This document shows, in pieces, positions 43,401 through 48,425 of a stretch of DNA of 64,000 bases. Numbering within the stretch: the stretch's first letter is position 1; each line of letters begins with the position of its first letter. The notes under the pieces are model-generated. The model had not been told where the DNA came from. It did not search any database and worked only from the letters and a program-made list of their open reading frames with translations. The position numbers were made by a program, and so were the translations under genes. The DNA comes from an uncultured Acidobacteriota bacterium (GTDB taxonomy: Bacteria > Acidobacteriota > Thermoanaerobaculia > Gp7-AA8), in assembly GCA_963822445.1 (NCBI GenBank), contig CAWGHO010000003.1, positions 1,280,001 to 1,344,000 on the forward strand. Direction: 5' to 3'.

Positions 43401-46244
43401 GATCACGATGTTGCCGCCGCCGCTCAGATCCACGAGGTTGGTGACGGTGAGGTCGTAGCCGGCGAACGAGTCGAGCTCCATCCCGTAAGTGCCGGTGATG
43501 CGAAGAGTGGGAATCGAGATCGCGGCGGTGGACGCGCCGCTCAGCTCGCCCCACCACGAGGAGGCGGTGATCCAGAGCTCGCCGGTCGTGCCGCCGTTGA
43601 AAGCGCCGTCGATGATCAGGTAGGCGGCGATCTTCAGAATGCCGCTGTTCAGCTCGAGCGTGCCGGGCGTGTCGATGAGGACGACGTCCTGCGAGTCGAT
43701 CGCGAAGCTGCCGAGATTGAAGGTGCCGTCGAGGATGAACAGCTCGTCGGCGACGCTGGCGTTGCCGGCCAGCGTCGCCGTGCCGGAGGATTTGTCGATG
43801 GTCAGATCTTCGTACGCCGTGCCGCGGACGATCTGCGCGCCGGTGCCGTTGTAGGTGACGCCGGAGGAGTTGCTGACGAACGTGCCGGTGTGCAGAAAGT
43901 CGCCGCCGATCTCGAGCAGGCCAAGGCTCAGCACCAGCGCGCCATTGCCGGTCACGTCGCCGGTCACCACGGCGCCCCTGCTATTGAGGTCCAACGTGGC
44001 GAGGCCCGGTCCGTTGACGATGGCCAGCGATGCAGCGTTCAGCGCCGCAGGCGCGAAGCCGCTCAGAGTCTTGGTGGCGGCGGTGGCGCCGGTGGTGACG
44101 ATCACATGCCCGTAGAGCGGGGTGATGTCGATGATCTGGTTGCCGTCGGCCTCGTAGATGACGGTGCTGGTCGGATCGGTGATGTGCGTGCCGGCCGGCA
44201 TCGTCGCGCCGATGCGCAGGGTGGTGTTCGCGCCGAGGTTGACCGTGCCGTTGCTGGTGAGGGTGAAGCCGCCGTCGAAGAGCGTGCCGGCGGTGAGGGT
44301 GAGGATCGTCGCGGTGGCGGCGCCGCCGAGCGTGGCCGTGCCTGCGCTCTTGTTGATGGTCAGCGCGTCGTACAGCGTGCCGCGGATGGTCTGGGCATTC
44401 CCGCCGGAGAAGGTGATGTCGTAAGTCGGGGTGATCGTTCCGGAGAAGGCGGTGTTGCTTCCCTCGAGGATGACCAGGCCTCCGGCGCTCTTGGTGATCT
44501 CCCCCGCGCCGATGAGCGAGCCGTCGATGGTGAGGGTGTTGCTGCCGATGTCGAAGACGACCGTGGAATTGTTCTGATCGACTTCGAGCGAGCCGTTGAT
44601 CGAGATCGAACCGCTCGCGGTCTTGGTCACGTTCACCGCCGGCAGTCCGAACGCGGTGATGGTCAGGTTCTCGTAAAGAATGTTGGCGATGGTCTGGTTC
44701 GCACGGGCGTCGTAAGTGATGGTGCTGGTCGGAGAGAGGGCGTAGCTCTGGAAGACCGGCAGGGACGTGCCGTTCCCCGGTTGCGCGCCGGACGTGGTGC
44801 CGATGCGCAGCACCGCCCCGGCATTCATGAGCAGCGTGCCGCTGGTTCCCGGCCCTGTGATCTGGTAACCCTGGTCTTCGAGATAGCCGTCGATGCTGAG
44901 GTTGCCGTTGATGGTGGTGACGCCGCCGAGAAGGCGCGTTTCGAGCGCGCCGGTCGTGGTGAGATGGTGGTAGGTCGTGCCACGAACCGCGACGGGCGTG
45001 CCGGTGTAGTTGACGGTGTTTCCGCCGGCGCTGGCGTTGAAGGTGCCGACGGTGATCTGCCCTTCGACGTTCAGCGTGCCCGTCGAGCCCTGATTCCACG
45101 TGCCGCCCCCGGCGAGACCGGAGGCGTCGGTGAGCGTGATCGTGCCGTTGTTGAGGACCGATCCCGCAACGGTGATCGTGTTGGTGAGGGTCAGCGATTC
45201 GCCGGAGGGGATCTCGCGCGGCGTGCCGGTATCGAAGTACACCGGCGCGTTGATCGTGCCCAGTCCGATGAGCTGCGCGCCGGTGGTGCCGGGGAGGGTG
45301 AGGTCGGCCGTGCCGTTGATCGTTCCGGCGACGGTAGCGGTCCTGGTGACGGTCATGCCGAACGAGGACAGGTCGAGGACGCCCAGAACGGTCAAGTTGT
45401 TGACCGTCACGGAAGCGGTGTCGACGGTGACGGTGTGGCTGCCGTTGATCTGGACGTCGTCGATGCTGGTCGGGACCAGGCCGTTGTTCCAGGTCGACGG
45501 CGAGCTCCAGTTGCCGGAAGCGATGCTGGTGATCGGGCCGTCGGCCTGCGCCGCGAAGTGCGCGGCGATGCGCGCAGGGGAGAGAGCCGTGTTGTAGATC
45601 GCGACTTCATCGACCGCTCCGTTGAGGAAGCGGCCGGGGTTCTGGCCCATCCCGATGCGTACGTCGCCGGCGAGGTCGATGGAGGTGAACGTGCTGGCGT
45701 TCGAGCCGGTCTGCACGCCGTCGACGTAGAGCTTGGAGCCGCCGGTGGTGACGACGAGGACGACGTGATGCCACGCCGCCGGGGAGTCGGGAACGCTGCT
45801 GAGGTTCTGCTGGCTGCCGTCGAGATAGAGCTCGCAGAAACCGGTGCCGGCCTGCAGATGAACGAAGTCGGTCGTGGTGGCCGCGACGATGGCCTGGGTG
45901 CCGTTGGGATTGTCGACGTGGACCCAGGCCTCGATGGTGATCGCCGAGCCGCCGCCCCAGTTGCCGGGAAGCTGGACGTAGCTGGAGCCGCCGTCGAACG
46001 CGGCGGCGGTGGTGGCGCTGCCGAGGGCGCCGGCTGTCAGGATGACGTTGTTGTACGTGCCGTGGAGGCTGTTCCCGGAGATGTCGGTGGCAGTTGCGCC
46101 GGACGCGTCGTCGAGCGGGTAGTAGGCGACCGGGTTGTCGGACAGAACGACGGCGCGGTATTCACCGGAGGCTGCGAAGAGGGGGGTGGTCAGCAGCGCC
46201 GCCGCGACCAGCACAACCAAAGCACGACTGAACACACGGCTCAT
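25401..46244 (-). CDS. Giant secreted surface protein A (6947 aa): signal peptide, two LamG/concanavalin-like domains, beta-solenoid repeats, multiple IPT/TIG, DUF11, Ig repeats, FN3-like stalk, shared C-terminal module
   Basis: 20.8-kb ORF with signal peptide ...LLTTPLFA. LamG motifs (PVAYYPLDD...ITIEAWV...WHHVV...LYVDG...F.GAVDEVAIYN.AL) occur twice. Also IPT motifs (GGT.VTI.GT.F...V.F) and DUF11 motifs. Confidence 0.93.
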   Translation of the reverse strand: MSRVFSRALVVLVAAALLTTPLFAASGEYRAVVLSDNPVAYYPLDDASGATATDISGNSLHGTYNNVILTAGALGSATTAAAFDGGSSYVQLPGNWGGGSAITIEAWVHVDNPNGTQAIVAATTTDFVHLQAGTGFCELYLDGSQQNLSSVPDSPAAWHHVVLVVTTGGSKLYVDGVQTGSNASTFTSIDLAGDVRIGMGQNPGRFLNGAVDEVAIYNTALSPARIAAHFAAQADGPITSIASGNWSSPSTWNNGLVPTSIDDVQINGSHTVTVDTASVTVNNLTVLGVLDLSSFGMTVTRTATVAGTINGTADLTLPGTTGAQLIGLGTINAPVYFDTGTPREIPSGESLTLTNTITVAGSVLNNGTITLTDASGLAGGGTWNQGSTGTLNVEGQITVGTFNASAGGNTVNYTGTPVAVRGTTYHHLTTTGALETRLLGGVTTINGNLSIDGYLEDQGYQITGPGTSGTLLMNAGAVLRIGTTSGAQPGNGTSLPVFQSYALSPTSTITYDARANQTIANILYENLTITAFGLPAVNVTKTASGSISINGSLEVDQNNSTVVFDIGSNTLTIDGSLIGAGEITKSAGGLVILEGSNTAFSGTITPTYDITFSGGNAQTIRGTLYDALTINKSAGTATLGGAATATILTLTAGTLFDGGFTLTSNGTVNLGANTTLRIGATMPAGTHITDPTSTVIYEADGNQIIDITPLYGHVIVTTGATAATKTLSGFAPAALNAASLAIVNGPGLATLDLNSRGAVVTGDVTGNGALVLSLGLLEIGGDFLHTGTFVSNSSGVTYNGTGAQIVRGTAYEDLTIDKSSGTATLAGNASVADELFILDGTFNLGSFAIDSQDVVLIDTPGTLELNSGILKIAAYLIIDGAFNGGTTGELWITASSWWGELSGASTAAISIPTLRITGTYGMELDSFAGYDLTVTNLVDLSGGGNIVIESPRKLTVASTGTISRTFGGVQGNLSIAIPAGQMRRFETISDLSGGYAPIEITSASAATINVLVTDVTSTSRVNFLWNLSGDPSTVDLKYYWPNLNWSGDIRTFVPIRDFGTTPTFPAGWVDTTNLFAEVNGVASYATEWGAGIAQQWGATDPSVASFTPTIGATGTAVTLYGSNFTGATDVKFNGVSDPGFGISGDTEIYATVPAGATTGTISVTASTIGTSFKSFTVALPQTIQTQSPGNWSSTATWQGGVVPNAWDNVVVNHDVTVDVSATINDIQLNANLWGSLDLTVDGTMAWNSGTISAGLTISNGSILNIATAVTHTIEFSPLVNDGTINLNAASLHLSNGASLNNDGTININGDFDLMWNGAGAIVQIDNNDSGIIKKIAGAGLSSLGGGAELNNIGFISGESGTLNITSDITTAGFIIGSATSGRRISANPAASQTFQVLNGATMQFSTGGTFETGTDFTGTGTILINSAVELKGSISASATIFRIDAIANITWTTATFTGNLEWKDATFIGNTLQTPPGTVITTISGGTVKIADGLAWQNNGTLELQGAAVHFTNGSSMDIGGLVDIQDDRDFRWDGVGLVASIDNSGTILKSGGSLPMSLGGGATLSGSGTIQSDSGIIEITSPITSDGTFNAAAGATVRFSNGATFLTGASFIGNGTHDVNSAASFAGNIAAPTTGVLMLRGANTMTFNGVTLTGILTWKEASIAGSGLTIDSGATLNAVAGTQTPKVDGGTITIAGSMNAGTTVGFRNGGSFSLAGALASLAITGDHDFGYDGTGGAGTFGLSGLFGKTGGTGTSNVHCGGVCTNTATGTIGAATGILAFPSGLTSNGTLKFPINGPTPLTDFGRIAVTGTVTLSGTSTPEVNIGYVPDGGTAFQVLTFGGRSGDFITKNYTFAGTRTLAETYNANDLTLTASGPTITTLSPMSGGLTGGTAVTITGTGFTGTTPGENFTGTVKFDTTFATPVLWQSATELTATSPAHAAGAVNVTVTNANTEAHTKLNAFTYNASSPTITALSVTSGTVNGGTYTEISGTNLSSVTQVQFGASNATILSTSPILKVRTPAGAGTVNVTVTNPDGSDTLTSAFSYAAALCDITTSGVVSWFRGEGDATDGAGGTNGTNNGGYAAGRVGQAFALNGTQHVSVPDSVWSRPAPNVTIEGWVKFNSVPVGNYAMLFGKTAGTGTFESYGVSYKDNLLYFGVGGPGGITYKTTAFTPSTGVWYHVALTFDDAANDIRLYVDGQLALSAAELASIAYDTHPLTIGAEYENESLAYFFNGSIDEVSVYNRALSAAEVLAIYDADDAGKCYPAAPTVLSINPTSGTTAGGTGVTIAGSSMSGASVTVGNPISIGTNTQSQITATTVATASGTYNVDVTTAAGTGSLTNGFAFIAATTYTSVTNGAWNNPATWGAGSFPQSYDSAVINHDVALDSNRSVTNVTFNGSGTRLSGAFTLTVTGGMTWNGGDLGAALVLDTGSISTITGATTRYSAGGITNNGTVTFDMTGTYTQHTSNFTNNGTFNLQSDATWLRFNSTSFLNTATATFNKTLATGTSTWQGTFSNAGTMNLGAGTLNFTETFGNTNLVNVTAGTLKLSGSGSSSGTFATGAGTGIVEYSAGSHTFSGAFTGSGKLRGSGATVTVSGTASNVELTAGTMTGTSAFAINDSLQWTAGDFVSDALTLASTCTTTISGASPRVVATVVNNGTINFDVTGAFTLNTGNFTNNGTFNLQSNATWLRFNAPIFTNASGGNFNKTTAAGTSTWQGTFVNDGTMTLGAGTLTFSESFSNNNLVTVNSGTLNLNGSGTSTGTFDTVAGTVVAYNAGSHTFGGLQSSGGKLQVTGGTVSANGAAANNLELTGGTINGTALTVDTTFLWSGGDFTGGGVLILGGGCTTTITGANNRAMERVATNDGIVNFDMTGSFTLQTGSITNNAIFNLLSNATWLRFNATTFTNATGANFNKTTGTGSSTWQGTFVNDGTMTLGAGTLTFSESFSNNNQVTINSGALNLNGSGTSSGTFTTAAGTAVAYNAGGSTFNATQTGLGSLQVSGATVTTSGTATVANLDFSSGTMNGAGTMSVSDTFNWTGGSTSGAGTMTLGLLCATTISGSSPLVMERILNNQGSIVYTSTGGLTFQTGNFNNSGTVDLQVDGTWSRFNPSWVMNTGTIKKTAGAGTFTMGVNSDNSGGIVDVESGAINYTQSIAGNASSHYKFGVSSATTAGTMTFTGTPNIGGAQLTAYVVGPFVPQGGQTWSVMSPVSGTFGTTSTSFGAGRSFGVSYPGSSSVLLTASGPTITSLTPNSGTEFGGTSVVIVGTGFAATPTVTFDGVVASVTFNSPTQITATTPAFGGTAPAAIDVVVTNPDGQPATSVGGFTYLATSGPTVSALRPNNANVAGGTTIYIDGTALDTVTSIVFDSTPATIVNQTATLLEVIAPAHAAGNIVVSVTNPAGSANGAFAYNDNWDVARDFSRTVNPTGPWSYGWSATRGSAFNLFTTSTTHGSGYDYWYVGAAPTAFHNPTASPITHSGDVTVPAGTFGGHSGAAGENSVVRWTAPAAGQWQISGAFTGVDQAPTTTDVAVLIGGIEQFSGNVTAYNVPQSFVLRRSLNLGDVVELTVGYGNGNYLDDSTGIAATITPLTGPVVTVTGIAPAIGSPAGGQSVTISGTNFHAGAGVTFDGVAATSITVVNTSTITATTPAHAAGTVDVVVTHPDSADATLTNGYVYSADPHWLNPVSGNWNTAANWSTGVVPTSAQTAYLDATGTYTVTMSGINQTVTGVHVGAGATLSVGSATLILTGPSTIAATGALSVTGTLRFEPGASLTNNGTLTLAGATVATPAGIGSTLTNNATFNITGNVSFGSFNTSGSVGVTINNTGTGTITKSAGAGTTGFDVNWALNNSGALTVTDGTLRLDGSGNTNTGPITITSPGIFEVGTGSFSSTAGSLSGTGTFRSAGGTSTISSTYNVGTAITAGTLTFDTAATTALLTASGGTIAGTGSLTLAGTTHTWTGSTVVQTALTINPGNTLTMSGGAFVFDTGSNLTNNGTFNVTGGGFNSRASIGATWLNPGVVNLSNDVQFGSWNTSGAVGTTIVNSGNINKTAGAATSTLDSTWAVSNGATGTIAITSGILRLEGSGSTNAGAITVTSPGGFEVAGGSFANTTGSIAGSGSFRMTGGTATIANTYAPGATLVSAGNVFFNTAATTNLLTVTGGTISGSGGLTLAGPSPSHTWAGSAELRTSLTIDPGNTLTLSSGAINFETGSNLTNNGVVNVTGGSLNSRASIGAIFANGGTFTLAGDIPFGSYNTSGAVGVTINNSGTLNKTVGTGASAFDTNWVVNNTGTIDIISGTLQFAQNYTQTGTGALTLKLAGTGAGQFSRLTTSAQANLAGTLNINYGIGYTPANADTYQILSFGSRSGDFTTKNGLTFTGGTLNYGLNPTNITLTASAAAALSITKTAAANVAANEVFTYTITVVNAGPDPGSNVSVTDVMQAGMVPSNLSAPSFTCTGTTTLTCTAATLAAGTHTITFDVTAPSAPQAISNVANMTASNDSSGGDNTSTAVTNVGAAQADLAVTKSAAVGTVALGGTVTWNLNVLNNGPSPATSVVITDTLPAGQTVTGATPSTGSCNTVGSVVTCNVGTIGVGNTVTVAINATANEGGTRTNSVAASATEADPNNANDVGTATVTITGDNTLVVTNSNASGTGSLFQAMLDADAGVCPSPCTITFNIATLTPIAGPLPVADVLNLTIDGTTQPGYNATTRVPLIEIDGTSANPGSSGLNVDGDSHVIRGLAIYGFAGPGAAGINIIGGSHTFEANWIGVKPNGVAAPNTQGIFVNSGANVIGSTDPSLGNAIANNGIGIALNFGTANHILGNSIRNNTGLGIDHDGDGVVEILDAGDADTGPNNHQNAPVISLVEITPSDLDVTFSVDSASVLTTNSIRVEVFKADASGEPNEFLGTACFAGRTLTNQLINVPFGSVIAGDGIVATATSFTDGACATVNDGTSEVSASMAATSCVPPPVTITGNTAVCAGGSVILDAGLHSSYFWTPGNFTSQTINVSPTNTTTYTVVVTDASGCSNSDTHTVTVNTPAAVTIAGPTSSCSGNSVVLDAGPGVTYAWLPGGETSQFITVSPTSTTTYSVTVTDGNGCQSGDSHTVTVNTPAPASITPSGPTTFCTGGSVTLTASAGSSFVWTPNGEITSSITVSTSGTYGVTVTDGNGCTSTATPVTVTVNSAPPVAVTGAANSCSGNNVALNATAGFSSYLWQPGNLTGANVNVSPTATTTYTVTATDANGCTSTATHSITVTSAAPVSITGPANSCAGNSVTLNATAGFTSYLWQPGNLTGATINVTPTATTTYTVTATDAGGCTSSTSHTVNVTTPAPATATASGPTTFCAGGSVVLNASAGASYQWLPNGETTSSITVNASGAYSVIVTDAGGCTSTSNSVTVTVNPNPAVTITGPTATCDTAAVTLDAGAGFSSYLWQPGNLTTQSITVNPTTTTTYTVTVTNGSGCSATDTHQVTVTANPTATITAPALICSGSTGHTASVGTQPGATYAWSITNGTITGATNTPSITFNPTGLASVQLNVTVTTGSCTANGSATVGVSPTPATPVITAPASVSASTGGHAASIDPQAGASYFWSINNGTFDSATSGPSITFSAGTSSPVTLSVTVNINGCTASASKTVTVDNVPPPVSAADLIVNKSAPASVTAGSTFTYTINVTNNGPAAATDLSIVDTIPAGLTVLSVNGGPWDCTTAGSQITCTGSAFAGQSSTILIGVRAPAQATTVTNTVTVSSAVEDPNDSNNTDAVSTTINVAPPTCPASAPTLTSPANGATNVFSPVTLSWNTVNSASSYDVWVSTEGVLTLAGSTTGNSLSVSVASGVTTWYVVAHGSNGCESLTSDSRTFTVAPSSTCGNNGKPQIISPSAGANATSPLTISWTPVPQAIGYRVWISVDGTEPQDVGATNGALSLSVNVPPGAIDVFVDALFNACPPSRSDGVAFNVPQPDPCANRSAAALVSPANNSQVNSSSVELRWTAPAGTTLPEYRVWASVDGAPPAVIGTTNETSLREVFERGQVVWYVENLYPGCASTESPRFNFTIPARNECGNTKPTLIAPNGNTVANGSVTFTWNGVADAVAYEVWLALGNESATLIGTTAAGVTTFNYSVPPGNLVWHVRALIDRCPARESTPARFTHEPPAACEGNDRPIAISPIGPAPLTSPADFSWSAPEGATRYELYVHRATQPPALVASTTQPQANDIALAAGSYLWFVRAFFDGCSPLDSGEEPVTIVAPPPACAVLVPPVISAPGQISSGIPFLMQWTPVAGASSYQLQVASNEAFDGAEVVSTTATQYEIVRTNNAASAIGLYARVRAIDSRCTPSPAITAYGPVSAIFVLPAQGSEGAAPLAGSEPVTYTINLGAQFAGQSFTAVPTQTWLTVAPASGVVPAGGMNLIVTADTSAVGVGTSLGGITITLNDGLAGRVKSTGTTTVTSPINMSLVTPVSPSPKSTPPPDALIIPAVANADGINSHFQSDVRVSNTSAQLLKYQLTYIPSGDAGITSGRQTTFSIEPGRTVAMDDILKSWFGTGSASSTGTLEVRPLTQTTTNTSSAIVGALANLSTFASSRTFNVTSNGTFGQHIPAIPFANFIGKSANSIAPTVLSLQQIAQSSKYRTNLGLVEGSGQQASLLVKVFGSNGQRLTDFPVVLNGGQHLQLNGVLAQKGVSSLSDGRIEVEVVSGGGKVTAYASVLDNETSDPLLVSPITLGAEGNRKWVVPGVADLNNGTANWQTDLRVFNAGTTEVPATLSFYSQNGGAPKTANVTIPAGQVLNYDKTLSTVFGAANDGGAVHIDTASDARLIATARTYNQTTQGTYGQFISAVTPLEAAGAGTRPLQLLQVEESDRFRSNIGLAEVMGSPVRVEISVVPPDAKFTALLQVDLGPNEFRQIGSLLKTVGLADTFNARVTVRVVEGAGRVAAYASVIDMKTNDPTYVPAQ

Positions 46245-46376
46245 TCATCAGCTCCGAACGGCGCGGAGACAGCTCTCCACGCGAGGCAGATTGTTCACAC
46301 CGGGGGATTGGACCTTCGCACGCACGCGGACCCACGCGTGCACACGGAAAACTCTCTCTGGTAATGCGTGCCGGCG

Positions 46377-46385
46377 ATTCTACCA
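46377..46385 (-). promoter_or_regulatory. Putative extended -10 promoter (TG-G-TAGAAT) for giant gene A
   Basis: Minus strand reads TGGTAGAAT about 130 nt upstream of the ATG at 46244. Confidence 0.5.
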
Positions 46386-46499
46386 CCGGTTATTTGTGGA
46401 AACTATGGCCCTGAGGATAGGGCAAGGCGGGCGGGAGGCTGGTGAGGGGGATCACCAGGGACGCGAGTCACGCCGCGATGGCGGATGTCTCTCTCTGAT

Positions 46500-47196
46500 T
46501 CACTTCAGCCTGTAATTGATGGTGAGGCAGAAAGTCGATTCCACCGCTGCGCCATCCACCATCGCAGGCTTGAACCGCCATCGACGGAGGGCCTCGAGCG
46601 CGGCGTACGCCAACGGCGTGGGCAATGGCTTCACGACCCGCGGTTCGGTCACGCTGCCGTCCGCGCCGATCTTGGCCGCAACGATCAGAAGCCCCTGATT
46701 GCCAAAAGCGACCGCACCTCGGGGGTAACTCGGCTCGGCCGTGGAGATGACGGCGGGCGGAGTGGTTGCTTCCGACGGCGGTCGAGGGCACTTCTCCGGG
46801 TTGGGCGAGGGGAGGATGTTGTTCTTGAGAATGACGCCGGGCTCGCCGAACGCGGACAGATCGCTTTCCGCGCTCTTCGGGAAGAGGGTCTGGGCCATGT
46901 GCCAATGCCACAGCCCGGCCGCGCGATCTCCGCTACCGACTTCGGCCAGCGCCGTCTGGATCAGCGGGACGACCAGGACGTAGGTCGTCTCATCGCTGGG
47001 ACCGAGCGCATCGAGCATCTCCGCATTCAGCTTCTTGAATGGGGAGCGCCTCGCGGTACGAGCCCTTCTTGAGGAGGATCGAAGTCTTCTCGAGCCGCTT
47101 CGTCCATTCCTGCGCGCGCCATTTCGGGAGCGCGGCGGCGGCGTCGAGCGCGAGCAGAGAGGCGATGAGCCAGGGGAGCGATCGCTTCTTAGTCAC
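46500..47196 (-). pseudogene. Secreted TonB C-terminal-domain protein, frameshifted near 47037 (pseudogene or sequencing error)
   Basis: The signal-peptide ORF (…SLPWLIASLLALDAAA…EALPI) continues in another frame as KKLNAEMLDALG…, ending in TonB_C (P.YP..A...G.QG...V...IGADG.V...RVVK......AALEALRRWRFKPA.VDG). Confidence 0.75.
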
Positions 47197-47261
47197 GGCA
47201 CAGCATTCGTGCAACACCGCAGCCACTCGGATCACGTTCAACCCGCTATTAGACTTGCCGC

Positions 47262-48371
47262 GTGAACCGGACCACGGCACTCCTGCTCGAGAAATGGGCG
47301 ATCTGGATCTCCCTGATCGGCATCCTCTTTCTTCTCCGCCATCTGTTCCCGATCTTCTTCCTTACGTTCGTGCTCTCGTACATGGGCAATACGGCCGTGA
47401 ATGCGCTTTCGAAACGCTTCCCGCGCCGCAGACTGAACGTGGTCCTGGTTTACGCGACGTTTCTGGCGGTGCTCGCCGGCGTGACCGTGCTGGTCGTGCC
47501 CAGGATGCTCAACGAGGCCAGGGGGCTGGCGCGGCAATACATCGCTGCCGAGGCGGCTCGGGAGGAGGGTGGGGAGACATTCATCCGCCGGGAAGCGCGC
47601 GACCTCGTGGATTCGGTCGGTCTGGGCATCGCCGGTACGGAGACGTTTCAGGATTTCAGGCAGTCCGACGCGTACGTGGCCATCGTCGACCGGCTCGCGG
47701 AGGCGATGACGACGACCAGCCGCCGGATCACTGTCGAGGTCACGCAATTTGCGAACGTCGCGCTGATCCTGGCCTTTCAATTCGTCCTGGCGATGATCCT
47801 GTCGTTCGTGCTGATCTGGGACCTGCCGAAGATGAAGGAACGGCTCCGGCAGTTCTCGAAAGGCCGGACCGCTGAAATTTACGCCGAGATCACTCCCAGC
47901 CTCAGCGCGTTCGGAACGATGCTCGGCCGCGCGTTCGAGGCCCAGAGTGTAGTGGCCGTGGTCAACGCGATTCTCTCCGTAATCGTGTTCCTTCTCCTCG
48001 GCCTCCCCTCAATCGCGCTCCTGGCCATGATCGTGTTCGTCTGTTCGTACATCCCGGTCATGGGCATGATCCTGTCGACGCTGCCGGCAGCGTTTCTCGC
48101 ATTGAAGATAGGCGGCGTGACCCGTGTGCTGTGGCTCGTCGCCGGCATCCTGATCATTCACGCGATCGAGGCGTACATGCTCAATCCGCTGATCTATGGA
48201 CGGCACCTGCGGCTGCATCCGGTGGCCGTTTTGCTGATCCTGATCATTGCCGAACACCTTTTCGGCGTATGGGGACTGCTCCTGGGCGTTCCCATCGCGG
48301 CGTTTGTGGTGAAGTACGTGATCGAGGGGCAGCCGATCGGGCCTGCGGCGGAAGGTTCGGTAGCGGCCTAG
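47262..48371 (+). CDS. AI-2E (PerM/UPF0118) family transporter
   Basis: Multi-TM protein with SYIPVMG, IEAYMLNPLIYGRHLRLHPVAVLL....EHLFGVWGLLLGVP motifs. Confidence 0.92.
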   Translation: MNRTTALLLEKWAIWISLIGILFLLRHLFPIFFLTFVLSYMGNTAVNALSKRFPRRRLNVVLVYATFLAVLAGVTVLVVPRMLNEARGLARQYIAAEAAREEGGETFIRREARDLVDSVGLGIAGTETFQDFRQSDAYVAIVDRLAEAMTTTSRRITVEVTQFANVALILAFQFVLAMILSFVLIWDLPKMKERLRQFSKGRTAEIYAEITPSLSAFGTMLGRAFEAQSVVAVVNAILSVIVFLLLGLPSIALLAMIVFVCSYIPVMGMILSTLPAAFLALKIGGVTRVLWLVAGILIIHAIEAYMLNPLIYGRHLRLHPVAVLLILIIAEHLFGVWGLLLGVPIAAFVVKYVIEGQPIGPAAEGSVAA

Positions 48372-48425
48372 GTTTTCGCTCGGTCGCGGTCACAGAAATG
48401 AGAGCTCTTTTAGTCGGTGTCTCCG
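48318..48425 (+). repeat. 108-bp direct repeat, left copy
   Basis: Aligns without gaps to 50328-50435 with 9 mismatches by manual count. Spans the convergent AI-2E/archaemetzincin stop junction. Confidence 0.92.

Noticed and set aside
1642-46364. Many long overlapping ORFs (up to 1149 aa) on the + strand and in alternative minus frames across the giant genes
   Set aside because: These are shadow ORFs from strong GC3 bias and Thr/Gly/Val/Asn-rich repeats. The products are R/G/A- or V/P-rich with no domain motifs.
46245-46376. c-di-GMP or other riboswitch in the leader of giant gene A
   Set aside because: Hairpins are present, but I could not match consensus motifs of known riboswitches. An Rfam search is needed.
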